Shown: positions 63,191 through 64,000 of the stretch, in pieces
Position numbering within the stretch: the first letter of the stretch is position 1
How the letters are laid out: each line of letters begins with the position of its first letter
Assembly (NCBI RefSeq): GCF_009914755.1
Contig: NC_060946.1
Reading direction: 5' to 3' (one strand)
Length of the DNA stretch: 64,000 bases
DNA from: the human T2T-CHM13v2.0 reference genome, Homo sapiens
The notes under the pieces: model-generated
What the model was told of the DNA's origin: nothing
Seen by the model: only the letters and a program-made list of their open reading frames with translations
The model's database searches: none
Made by a program: the position numbers and the translations under genes

Positions 63191-64000
63191 ATGAAAGTAC
63201 ACCAGATATATATTCTATAGTGTACATAAAATATCAAAGTACCCAAACTATACATTATATACTGTACATAAAATATGAAATTACATCAAATATATTTTAT
63301 ATTAGGTACATAAAATATGAAAGTACATCAAATATATATTTTATTCTGTACATAAAATATCAAAGTACACCAGATATATATTCTATAGTGTACATAAAAT
63401 ATCAAAGTACCCAAACTATACATTATATACTGTACATAAAATATGAAATTACATCAAATATATATTATATTAGGTACATAAAATATGAAAGTACATGAAA
63501 TATAGATTATATACTGTACATAAAATATCAAGGTACCACAAATATATATTATATTCTCTACATGAAATATCAAAGTTCTCAAACTATATATTATATACTG
63601 TACATAAAATATCAAAGTACCCAAGGTATATATTCTATACTGTACAAAAAATAACAAAGTACCAAAACATGTATAATATACTGTACATAAAATATGAAAG
63701 TACATCAAATATATATTTTATTCTGTACATAAAATATCAAAGTACACCAGATATATATTCTATAGTGTACATAAAATATCAAAGTACCCAAACTATACAT
63801 TATATACTGTAAATAAAATATGAAATTACATCAAATACATTTTATATTAGGTACATAAAATATGAAAATACATCAAATATATATTTTATTCTGTACATAA
63901 AATATCAAAGTACACCAGATATATATTCTATAGTGTACATAAAATATCAAAGTACCCAAACTATACATTATATACTGTACATAAAATATGAAATTACATC

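Larger units (their letters stand above)
1..64000. repeat. HSat1A (classical human Satellite I, SAR) tandem satellite array, 42-bp monomer, about 1,520 monomers, one orientation, running off both ends of the window
   Basis: Seen: 42-bp periodicity throughout, with GTAC sites alternating 17 and 25 bp apart (GTACATAAAATATCAAA / GTACCCAAACTATATATTATATACT) and about 9 G+C per 42 bp. Established knowledge: Satellite I/HSat1A is a 42-bp RsaI 17+25 repeat with a 378-bp 9-mer periodicity. Confidence 0.97.

Noticed and set aside
1805-63708. Hydrophobic minus-strand ORFs resembling membrane peptides
   Set aside because: These are translations of T-rich satellite sequence that recur only because the DNA is duplicated.
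1-64000. CRISPR-like pattern of a conserved part alternating with a variable part
   Set aside because: The variable parts are homologous to each other and cycle every 9 or 13 monomers. There are no unique spacers, leader or cas genes.
1-64000. Alpha satellite, CENP-B boxes, HSat1B or HSat2/3
   Set aside because: No 171-bp monomer, CENP-B box, Alu-derived segment or CATTC repeats. The 168-bp segment is four 42-mers.
1-64000. Inversion, transposon insertion or embedded unique sequence
   Set aside because: The phase arithmetic (1508x42 - 11 bp between the first and last markers) leaves no room for foreign sequence, and I saw no reverse-orientation monomers.
1-64000. AT-rich microbial, Plasmodium or organellar origin
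   Set aside because: The 17+25 RsaI monomer and the 378-bp period specifically match primate HSat1A.

Overview
The whole 64-kb window is one uninterrupted, single-orientation, roughly 79% AT tandem satellite. Its 42-bp monomer (consensus about TGTACATAAAATATCAAAGTACCCAAACTATATATTATATAC) is cut by two GTAC (RsaI) sites into 17-bp and 25-bp halves. This matches human/primate classical Satellite I, HSat1A (RepBase SAR), known from the chr3 and chr4 centromeric regions, chr13 and the acrocentric short arms. I cannot assign the chromosome. I see no genes, RNA genes, transposon insertions, CRISPR array or inversion, and every listed ORF is an artefact of a 42-bp (14-codon) repeat. The interest is in the internal architecture. 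Using the once-per-unit (G)CATGTA marker between positions 344 and 63669, I count by hand 91 canonical 378-bp 9-mer units and 53 546-bp 13-mer variants that carry a 168-bp tetramer duplication. Layered over these are recent multi-kb duplications with offsets of 1848, 2394, 5753, 14110/14488 and about 33.6 kb. The most novel but speculative observations are that the + strand carries a Pumilio response element (TGTA[C/A]ATA) in over half of the monomers, and that one SNP marking most 13-mers creates TGTAAATAAA (Pumilio element, AATAAA and a forkhead site together). I did not find a protein-coding or mobile-element system.
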